The translations under genes and the position numbers were made by a program. From assembly GCA_977018835.1 (NCBI GenBank), contig OZ361259.1, positions 2,914,001 to 2,978,000 of the forward strand: DNA of 64,000 bases, written 5' to 3'. Under the pieces are notes generated by a model. It worked only from the letters and a program-made list of their open reading frames with translations, was not told the DNA's origin and made no database searches. Positions 11,682-21,300 of this stretch are shown piece by piece; the first letter of the stretch is position 1, and each line of letters starts with the position of its first letter. This stretch comes from Minutocellus sp. GHC0000111. Taxonomy: Eukaryota.

Positions 11682-13995
11682 ATGGAAACATCACGTGCTA
11701 ACGCCAAGGAGGCAATCCTCTCACTCTTGCTCTCATTCCCAGACGACGTCAGATGTGCTTACTACACTATTGATGAGCTTGTCCGCATCTTGATGCGCGG
11801 TGGCGCATCGCCGAGCTTAGAGATCTCTCTTGTTCGATCATCTCTTCAACACGTCCCATCACGACACGAGGTCAATGTCCAAGGACGACGTCCAGAGAAA
11901 ATATCAGGCCTTGACGTTGCAAAGCCCTTCTACCGCTTCTCCAGAATAGCCGATAACGCCAGCCCACGCTCTCAACGCAATGGCAAGCGATCACTGCCGA
12001 CCACACCTGAAAATTACTTCCAGGACGATGAAAAGCATGGGCCCCATCTCAACGCGACACTGAAATGCCATTCCGACAAGAATTCTTCGGGCGGTCGGTC
12101 ATCTGCTCCCACCGCCAACGCTACCGATCGTCCCAACATCACCGGCGTGCAGCTCAACGGCAAAAGAATTGTGGTTGAGATGAAGCAGCTGTGTGATTTC
12201 GCACAGAGTCCCCACCGATCGTGCGGCAATCTGCATCTCTCGGCCGAGCCAGTTCGGCGTGGATTCGGCGTTGCATTTGAATGGCGATGCGATAGATGCA
12301 ACCAACCTTTTTCTTTTTGCACTTGGATCGGCCAGAGGTCAGAAGTTGTGTGCCCCGGCAGAAAGCATTCTAGAAGTCAGGCTGGAATGAACTTGGAGCT
12401 GATGGAGGCAGCGGAAGATGAGGCCATGTGCGCAAGTCGCTTCATGAATTTCTGCACGAAAGCCGACATCGTCCATCCGACCGAAAAGAGTGCCCGACAG
12501 GTGGAAAAGAAATGCAGAGCAGCGGCCATTGAAGCAGCTGATGAAATCATTGACGAGAATAGGGCAAAAGCATGTGCCGCTAGCAGCAAGACTGTTGAGT
12601 TTGAACAAGGCGGCGAGATGCACACGGCGGCGGTGGTTACGGTGGCCCAAGACGGCAGCGCCCTCAAACGCGACTACGGCCATTGCTACACTGGCTCTGC
12701 TGCAGCGGTATTTGCCGTAGACAAGGAAACTGGCCTTGTTGTTGACAAGGGAATCTCTCAGGCAAGCTGCCACTATTGCGTGAGAGCCTGCAATGCAAGA
12801 TTGAGGGAGAGGCGGGAAGCCGGCAATCCAATAACGCCGAGTGAGCTCAAAAACATGAGCAAGGATGAGATGCTGGCCCTGTACGACCATGATGGCTTCT
12901 GCTATCGCAACTCTTCCTACTCCCCCGGTGTGGCAGAGGAGCATCTGGCCGAGAATGTTGGGAGTTGAAAATTTTAATGCCATCCCCCGACCACGCATCA
13001 ATCGGATGAAACAGGACATTTCGAAGATTACTGATCGGTACAAGCACAGCGTTCTCGATCAGCCCGATGGTGCTGTGTCCGAGGAGGAAAAACAAAGTCA
13101 TCTGGCCCTCCTTCAGAAAGAACTCCAGTCCGTCGTTCGTCACCAATGTGGCATTCACACTTTTTGCACCACCAACACGTGTGATTGGATTCGCCTCAGC
13201 ATTGCTCATCCTGATTGGAGTGATGGCAAGCTCGATGAGGAATGGAGCTCGGGGAATCAATTCGATGGCGACATATTGGAGATTAGTGACGACACGATTC
13301 GCAAGATGACGCTTGAAATAACCAAGAGAATCAACAAGAATACTGCCGACTCCAACTGCAAGAAGGAATCTACCACCGGCGTCGAACAGCTCAACGGGAT
13401 GGTGACGAAGTTCACGATGGGGAAAAGGCCGAATTTGACTGCTTCAGACGCCTACCCAAATGCAACAAGTAGAGCCGCTGGCCACAAGTCACTGGGTACG
13501 GAATTCAATGAGCGAGTTCTTGGAAAGTTGGGATCGAGGGATTCTCCTACCCGAAAAGATGGATTCGATGCAATTGACCGGAAGCTCGAGGGCGACCTTG
13601 CGCGTAAGCGCACCGATGAGTACAAAAAGAGCAAGAGCGACAGCAAGCGCCTTCGAGCAGCCTTGCGAAACAGAAGCGAGAAAGACGACAAGGACTATGT
13701 GTACAAGAAGAACAGGGCCCTAGCTGCTGGTAAGGCGAAACCAGCAAAGCCTGGCCGCAAGAAGAAGATTGACCAGCAGTGTCAGAAATGCAAGCAGCTT
13801 GGCCACACTCGGGCTGAATGTCAATGCGACGATGCTGACGACGTTGTCGTTTACGCCGGAAAGAAGCGCAGAAGCCCAGGCAGCAACAAGAAATCTGCAA
13901 GAAAAAATAAGAAAGCTAAGACAAACTTCGGTGTATCGGCAAATGATGTTAGCTCTTGGATGCCGGCGATACTGAGAGAAAATGGCAGCTTGTAA
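11682..13995 (+). pseudogene. Kolobok DDE transposase, broken near 12960 (frameshift plus probable deletion)
   Basis: Motifs in order: Zn-ribbon (HRSCG...WRCDRC), first catalytic D in VAQDGSALKR (12651), CHYC..HDGFCYRN..S.G.AEE, HQCGIHTFC...C, catalytic E in STTGVEQLNGMVTKF..GKR (13384), C-terminal CCHC knuckle CQKCKQLGHTRAEC and a basic tail. The expected middle DGD/CxxH segment is absent at the ORF junction. Confidence 0.82.
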
Positions 13996-14099
13996 ACACG
14001 TGTAAAGTATTTTATCACTGTAAATAAAAATGGATTTATTGTGTGCTGTTACTCACGTGCTACGCACATTCTTGTTATCTACATGTGTTGAGGTAATGA

Positions 14100-15328
14100 T
14101 TATGCATTTTCCTCTTCTTCTTCCTCTTCATCTTGATGACCAGGGATGAATCCAACATATCGTTCACCTTTATCATTTGGATAAATGAACCTAATGCAAA
14201 AGACTAGACAGGTTGGCAAGGGCTTCCGATCAAGCCAACCTCTACATGATACACCTCAGTTGCATAGTACCAATACAGCATGTTCCTCTTCAAATTATTT
14301 GCCATGGCTTCGACTGGCATGGTGGTTGCGTAGTCTTTGTCAGCGATATCCTCCAGGTCCTCCTCCGTCGGCACCAGCATTTCTTCGCAGACGCATTTCT
14401 GAAAGAAGAGTGTGCCGTACATTGAGCAGCTTCGGTTGGCGGCAGTGCAGCAAGCAGGGGGTATTGGCGGCCTCTCTCTGGTCTCGTCCCAATTACCGAA
14501 TGTGTCTGCCTCCGGCGCTGCCGTCGGATCATCGTCGGCTTCCTCACAAACGGCCGCAACAAGAGCATCCGTGTCCGATCTGATCGCTGCTGATGGCCCA
14601 CCATCTACCTGCAGAAGTTGGCCCATTCCAACAATATCAAAATCAACTAGTCCAATCCCAGCAGTAGAATGTATGTCATCATATGGAGCCACATGCCATC
14701 GGTGGAACTTTGTCAATTTGATCACATGGCCCTGTTGTAGACTTCGGGCCTTTTCGGTAATTGTCAGGGCAACACGAGCGACGATAAGCTTTCCGCTTCC
14801 ATCAAGCAAAGTAAGCGATGTGGTGTTGAAAGGTCGGCCGTGCGCAGCAAGAGCCGATCCAATATCGATCCGTTTCCCATGAAGTTGAAATATAGGGAAG
14901 AATTCAGGTCCGGCGTCAAACATGGGATCTTGCAATTGATCGACGATGCCGACCGTCAGCCTCAACTTCACATCAGCCACGGACAGGTTGGTAACTACGA
15001 GGCCGGGCCGCTCAGCAGCGACATCAATATCATCCCGAACATGATACTTATCAGCGCGAGCCTCGACTGCTTTGACAAGATGTTGAAGTGCATGGCCGAC
15101 GCCGGGATTGTTCCATAATTCTCGTCCTTGTCCGTTCGGGTCGTTCTCCAACGTGACGGCGAGGCCCTCCAGTATCTCGGTAACGGCGTCTTTCGCTTTG
15201 TCCTCCGCCTTCTCTTTCTTCTTGTCAACAGGCAAAATCGGGCGACCGGAGTTATCTGTCTTGAGTTTCCGCAACCGCGTATCTGCGTTGTGGGCCGGGC
15301 CGGCACTATTATCAGCGCTGCGCTTCAT
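14100..15328 (-). CDS. Kolobok second protein: putative OB-fold plus KolX (P2X7 C-terminal-like Cys/Zn domain); 1-nt frameshift near 14245
   Basis: The ORF 15328-14204 reads ...CC..C..CVC...KRNMLYWYYATEVYH. Shifting frame continues RGWLDRKPLPTCLVFCIRFIYPNDKGERYVGF..EEEEEEENA* (stop 14102-14100), matching the KolX-type R..LPxCxx.xIR..YP...G..YxGF motif. Confidence 0.8.
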
Positions 15329-15435
15329 CGTAATGAAGAGGGGGCAGAGCGGCGATTCTCATGGTGGGGTCGAGTTTTTGTCATGCTTCGCTCGTCATAA
15401 GAAATAAGAATAAGGGGGAATAAAAACGGGGAAAA

Positions 15436-15452
15436 TTATGGACAGCGCCCTC
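15436..15452 (-). repeat. Right terminal inverted repeat of the Kolobok element (followed by TTAA)
   Basis: Exact reverse complement of 11218-11234. Confidence 0.95.
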
Positions 15453-16277
15453 TTAACTTCGCAGAGCGAACGGGATGCGGTGCTGTCATCTTGGTATGGT
15501 CGTTCCTGGGTGAGCTGGGGTTATCAAAATACATAAATATTGTCTAAGATAGACAATATCTTCCTTCGAAGTTCTCAATTCTCAATTCTCCATGAATGAA
15601 TCAGCAAGCATCCATACTAGTCTAGTAGCACGCCCATCATCGTCCCCTGTACTGCTGATTCATAGAAATATTTCTAGCTATTTTAAGAAAGCAACTTATC
15701 ATGCTCTGCGCCCGCATCCTTGCTCTACGCTGCTCTCGGCAGACCATGCTCCGATCTTCTTCCCAGGCGATTGGGACGTCGCTGGCGGCGGGGCGCTGGT
15801 TGTCTGACGGCAACATCACGGTACGTACGAAGTCTCGGAGGTGAAGGCATTGTTCCCTTGGTGAAGGGGTCGAGAGGTAGGGACGCCAAAGTACTAATAT
15901 TGCAGACATAGCGGCGGTGTCGCTAGGCAATCACGCAAGTTCGCAAATCAATTATGTTCCAGAGGATGCAAATCTGACAAGATATGACATGCATACGCAT
16001 GATGTCCACGTCAATCCTGTGACGAACGAGGATAACGGGACGAGATATAAATTGCAAAATCGTTTCATTTGATTGGACTTTCAAACGATTAGCGGCGTGC
16101 TGGCAAAGTGTCGGTATTTGTGTGCTCTGCAAACAATACATACTATACACAGAAAGATTATGCTTGTGAATGTCGGAGAGGAAATACTACTAAACTTGTT
16201 TATGCACTCTATCTAACCCACATGTATGTGCAAACACATGCCCGCTGATGCACTCTCTTCCATTCTCATGGTTTCAG

Positions 16278-16646
16278 TACTCGGGTGGTCAAGCAACGGA
16301 GGGGCAGGGTGGCTTCTACGGCTCCGGTGGCGCACGCAAAATCGACAGTGCTGGTGAACAGCAGATGCAAATGCTTGCTCTTGCGGCCGACGTCCAGAAG
16401 ATTACAGCGGTCATGGGCGAAGTGGAAACTCTTGAGTCCCTCTTAGAGAGTGAGACCAAGGCCTCGAACGGAGAGGTGACTGGCAAGAGCATCGAGATTT
16501 CAGCAAACATTAAGAAGCTTGTGACGTCGCCAGACTTTACCGAGTCTCTCAATCGGCTTGAGATTCAAGGCTCTCCTGTGTGGGGTCTTTCATCCGACGA
16601 GAGAGAGTTGATTATTGATGCCAGAGCAAAAGTCTTGGAATCTTAA
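16278..16646 (+). CDS. Small hypothetical protein, terminal exon (upstream exon not located)
   Basis: Coding-like segment YSGGQATEGQGGFYGSGGAR...LNRLEIQGSPVWGLSSDERELIIDARAKVLES. It follows a pyrimidine tract with tttcag acceptor (16277) and a ctaac branch-like site (about 16213). Confidence 0.65.
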   Translation, partial: YSGGQATEGQGGFYGSGGARKIDSAGEQQMQMLALAADVQKITAVMGEVETLESLLESETKASNGEVTGKSIEISANIKKLVTSPDFTESLNRLEIQGSPVWGLSSDERELIIDARAKVLES

Positions 16647-16991
16647 TGAAGGATTGGTTCCGCGAAAAATGTCAGCAGAATACTACGAGCCCGTACATGT
16701 ATGTTGAAATGAAAGGATAAATACTGGTACGGTACCAACGCGATCGGTCCTATTTTATTATAGTGTCATAGTTTGGAATTAAGATTCTCGTGGATGAGAT
16801 GATGCATGCACCGATACGCGATCATTAAATTTGAATGATTACAAGAAGTACATGTAGTACCATTCCTTTTTATGAAAATATGAACCATTGCCATGGTGGC
16901 ACTAATTAAGCGCTAAGACACATAAGCATATACGAGTATGTTTGGAACATTTCGAGGAATGCTGGTGCTTTGTCTTGCACCATCTATGAAC

Positions 16992-17873
16992 TTAGGCACC
17001 AATGGCCGAAAAGGAGCGCCGCCGACTGCTGCTCTTGAGGACGACAAGACCGTCGCAGACAGTGAATTGACTGGACCCAAAGTGCGGTGCATCCACTAGC
17101 TTTTTGCAGTCAGGACTATCCTCGCCCTCTTCCCCTCTCATCCGGATGCTCTCCATCATCATGGCATGGAGACTATCACGGCTATCATGGTAAGCGGCAA
17201 GGGTGTTCGAGATGGCACCATGACAGCTGCTCGATCTCGGCTTGCGACGCGAATGATTCAGCGGCTCACTCGAGCCAATGAGCTTGATTCGCCGCCGCTG
17301 CTGTCCCGTCTTGCTTTTACTGGTATTTGCCGTCTTGGTCTCGTCCATCAGCGATTGAAGAATGGCATCATGGAGACTATCGGTGCTGGCACAGCAATCG
17401 ACGCTGGCCCGCCTCCGGCCTTGGTTGGGAGGAGGTGCGGATGCGGATGCGGATGTGCCAGGACGGTGGCTTCTTTCGACACCGCCGCTGACAGCCTGCT
17501 TGTGCACAGAATCGCATTGATGACGACCTTGATCCGTACCGTTCCCATTATTGTTGGCAATTGCCATCGTCATGAAATTCTTGGCATCAGTATTGTGGAC
17601 GGACGACGACGATGAAAAGGAATCATCGGAGGAGGATTCCAGCTCCTCGTCGAGCCGCAGGGCCACGGACACACAACCGGCAAGATCCGCTACCCTTTGG
17701 ATCGACGACCGGCGACGGGACGGCCTTTCGAGCGATACCAGATCTTGCCGTCGAGTGTCCCCGAACAGCGTGCTTTGGCCCTTTGTGGGAATCATCGGGG
17801 CTGTGGATGCGGGGCCAGTACCAGTACGAGTACACGTAGGTGCAGCACTTGTAGCCGGCATCGTCTTGGACAT
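16992..17873 (-). CDS. Hypothetical low-complexity protein (RRxS motifs)
   Basis: 293-aa ATG-initiated ORF with repeated RRRSS/RRRAS and two S.DSLH..(I/M) motifs. No family recognised. Confidence 0.55.
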   Translation of the reverse strand: MSKTMPATSAAPTCTRTGTGPASTAPMIPTKGQSTLFGDTRRQDLVSLERPSRRRSSIQRVADLAGCVSVALRLDEELESSSDDSFSSSSSVHNTDAKNFMTMAIANNNGNGTDQGRHQCDSVHKQAVSGGVERSHRPGTSASASAPPPNQGRRRASVDCCASTDSLHDAILQSLMDETKTANTSKSKTGQQRRRIKLIGSSEPLNHSRRKPRSSSCHGAISNTLAAYHDSRDSLHAMMMESIRMRGEEGEDSPDCKKLVDAPHFGSSQFTVCDGLVVLKSSSRRRSFSAIGA

Positions 17874-18329
17874 TTTGCAAAGCGTTGGTCCGATCCTCTA
17901 CAGCATTACTCTAGCTACGTAGTAATGAATAATCTAATCAAAGAATGGATTTATCAGTCGATAAAACGATATCGCACATGTACTATGTTCTTTTTTGGTT
18001 TTGTAGAAGACACACCGACCATGCAGCAGCAGCAGCAATGCAATTTTGGTCCAGGGCCGCCTCGTCTTGCTTCTTGCATGTTTCTGGTCGTGAAGCCGAG
18101 GCTCTCTCTTCTCCTGCGCTTCTCATTTTTGTGTGTGTCTCGCCTCTCCCCGATTTTTCCCTATTAGCATAATTTCCCCCCTCGCCTTTTCCATCAGCAT
18201 TTGTTTTTGCTCCTGGTGCGGTGGTGGGCGCGCGGGAGGCGGATCACGTGAGCTAACAAGCTGAGTAATAGACTAGCTAGCTACGTAGCTCTAGCTAGAG
18301 AGAGCTAGCTACGTAGTATCATTACATAC

Positions 18330-21300
18330 ATGACGGACGATACGCCCGAGGCCATGCCAACCACCAACGCCGAGGAAGAGGTGGAAACATCCGGCCTCTT
18401 CGCTGGCCTTCATATCTCCCACTCCAACGACAACAACAGTAACGATGACGGTGGGGGCGAGAAAAATGACGACGGCGAATGCGCACCCGCCTCTACGAAT
18501 GGTACTGATACTGACGACCGCGGTGATGGTGATGGTGTTGATAATGGTGCTGATGCTGTCATCTCTGACGATGACAAGGCTGGCACGGCGGAGGTAGTTG
18601 CGGAGGGAGCAGCTGCATGCGATGATGATACTGGTGCTGCTGCTGATGGGGAGAATGCCGAGCAAGTTGGCGGTAATAAAGAGTTATCGGCTTCTGCCGC
18701 TACTGCCACCGAGGCGGAGGCCAAGACGGGCACCACCGATGCAACGTCCGATTCCGCAACCACTCCCGCCGTGGCAAATGCCAACGCAGACGCCTCCGGA
18801 GTATCAACATCCTCCGTGGCCCCGGCCGGTCTTTCCACTCCCAAGGCGAAAGCGCCAGTCGCCCACGACCGTGCTGCCCCGGCATCGGCCCCGCCCGCCG
18901 CCGCTGCGCATGCACATGCACCAGGGTTGGCCTCTCCCACGGCCCTTGGTGCCGAAAGCACCGCCGCCGCCGTGTGGTCGCCCCTCCAGACCGGTCCCGG
19001 CCGGATCCCCCCCGGAGAGTTCGCCCTGCACAATCCAGACTCGTGCCTCCGCCTCTTGCGCAAGTTCCTGTCCAAGTCGGCGCCCGACGTCCCCGAGGCG
19101 TACGGCGGCACCCTCCGGCAGGGGTGGATCTCGTATCTGTTCGGCGGCGGCGGCGGTGGTTCCACCGGTGGTGGCGGCGGCGAGGACGACAATGACGATG
19201 CCAAGGCCAGCGGGGAGCTGATATCCGGCCGGTCCGTCCTCACCGCCTACCAGATGCTAGTCGATGCGCTGGAGTACGATGCCCAATCCGCATCCATCGA
19301 CTGCGGCACCGGTGGTGCTGGTGGTGACAACGCCAGTCGTAACAGTAGTCCCGCCAAGGGTGGGGAGGTGTCCTCGGACGTCGTCGTCGATGCCATCCTC
19401 GGCGAATCCGGCAACTCCGCCGCCATGGCGCGGAAGGGTCTGGCGGCCTTCGTCTACTTGGTCGGTGTTTGGTGCCGGGCCAGCCCGGAGGCTTTGCCGG
19501 CCGGCGCCAGTGTGGGTGCGACCGACACCGGCGGAGGAGCGTCGACGCGGAGGAAAGGGAGAATGGGACGGGTCGACCCGGCGCTGCTGGCCTTGGCCAT
19601 CGATTCCGCCCAAGGCCTCGTCGCTCACGGATGTCTGGATGGGGTGATGATTGAGTTCGGCAATGATGACGGCAACAGGAGCAAGAGGGCCATCGAGCTA
19701 ATGGCCGAGGCTGTATTCCTCGCAGATCTGAGCTCGGAGCGGACCGAGCTAAGCGCGCTCAAATTCCTTCTCACCACTGGATGTCGGACCATGCAGTTTC
19801 CGCCGCCCACGGACACCTCCGGCGCAGGGGGGGATGCCATGCTCCGGGGGACGCACATCCTCCAGACCATACGGGTGTGCTATCATGTCTACCTCAAGAC
19901 GGCGAGTGAACCCAACAAGACCACGGCGAGGGCGGCACTGAGACAGCTCGTGGCAAGTGTCTTCACCAGGATGGAACGAAGGAATCGCAACAACGAGCAA
20001 GCGGCAACTGCTGGAGCTGCCACAAACCCTGCTTCCATCGCGGAGGAGGGAGAACAGCAACAGAATGACGATACCGAGACGAAAAAGTCGGAGGCAGAGA
20101 CATCTGCATCTGATGATACTGCCGGTGTAGTTCCGGCCACACCCCAATCGATTTCCTCTGCCACCGGAGGAGATTTTCCCTCACCAGACCACAGGGACGC
20201 CTTCCTCGTGCTTCGTTCGCTCTGCAAGCTGAGTATGAGGAATTTACCAGCAGGACAGGGTGAGCACGGGCCGGGTATGGCGACTGGATTCGACGAGACC
20301 AGTGGTGTTGCCTTGGCCGGTGGCACCGGCGGATCACACGTGTCTGCAGCCGACACCTCCATGCAGGGAGCGATCGTCGATGGTCTCAATCCAGCCTTCG
20401 AGTCCAAGATTCTCGCCCTCGACCTTCTTCTGTACGTTCTGTCGCACACCTCGACCCCTTCGATGCTGAATTCTGGGCCGCAGTTTGCTTACGCCGTGAG
20501 GCATTACCTCTGTGTGTCTCTCCTCAAGAATTGCACATCTACGAATACCACCGTCGTCAACCTGAGTCTTCGGCTCTTCGTTCCTCTCATTCGTCATTAT
20601 CGGTCCCACCTAAAGACCGAGATCGAAGCCTTCGTCACCAACGTCTTCTTTGTCATTTTGGATTCCGAGAACTCGACTGTCGAACATAAGTCGTTGGTAG
20701 TTACCCTCTTTGAAGAGATTTGCTCCGACCAGACTACCCTGGCAGAAATATTCCTTAACTACGACTGCGACCTCAGCGCTGTCGACTTGTTCCAGCGCAT
20801 CGTCAATACTCTTGCCAGGGTTGCCAAGATCGGCCTTACCGATGATGGCGATAGGTCTGGCGGATCTACTTTCTCATTGGTCGCCGGAGCTGGAGCTGCC
20901 CGTGCTGAGCGGACCAGGCAAGAGCACCGCGAGCTTCGTTTGGATGCCATGAAGGCTGTAAGGACCGTCTTGCAGAGTCTACACGGGAGCATCGTGTCCC
21001 CAGTCGGTGTTCGTGCAGTGAGCGGTGGAACACAAGGTGACGATCGAGATAGCGATACAGCCGGCCGCACCGTCTCGACGTACGGGAGTGATACAGCCGG
21101 CCGCACCGTCTCGACGTACGGGAGTGATACAGCCGCCGATGCCAACGGGGGTGGGCCTCCTGCCACCGTCAACATTGATCCGAACGGCGGCGGTAGTAGC
21201 ACGCTCGTGCAGGTTTTTGACTCCAAGAAGCGCAGGCGAGAGGAAGAGACTCGGGTCGTGTTGCGCTTTAATCAAAAGCCATCATCAGGCATCAAGTACG

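Larger units (their letters stand above)
11218..15452 (+). mobile_element. Kolobok-superfamily DNA transposon, both ends present (4235 bp), TTAA TSD
   Basis: Perfect 17-bp TIRs: gagggcgctgtccataa (11218-11234) and ttatggacagcgccctc (15436-15452). TTAA flanks both ends (11214-11217, 15453-15456). Termini are RR...YY. Two convergent ORFs encode a DDE transposase and a KolX-motif protein. Confidence 0.9.

Noticed and set aside
12950..12985. Programmed ribosomal frameshift or intron joining the two transposase ORFs
   Set aside because: Neither would supply the missing catalytic segment, so a deletion is more parsimonious.
11214..15456. piggyBac assignment because of the TTAA TSD
   Set aside because: Termini are GA...TC rather than CC...GG, and the transposase motifs and convergent KolX-type ORF fit Kolobok.
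21054..21135. Repeat as a possible CRISPR-like array
   Set aside because: Direct tandem units with no spacers, in frame within a eukaryotic CDS, and no cas genes.
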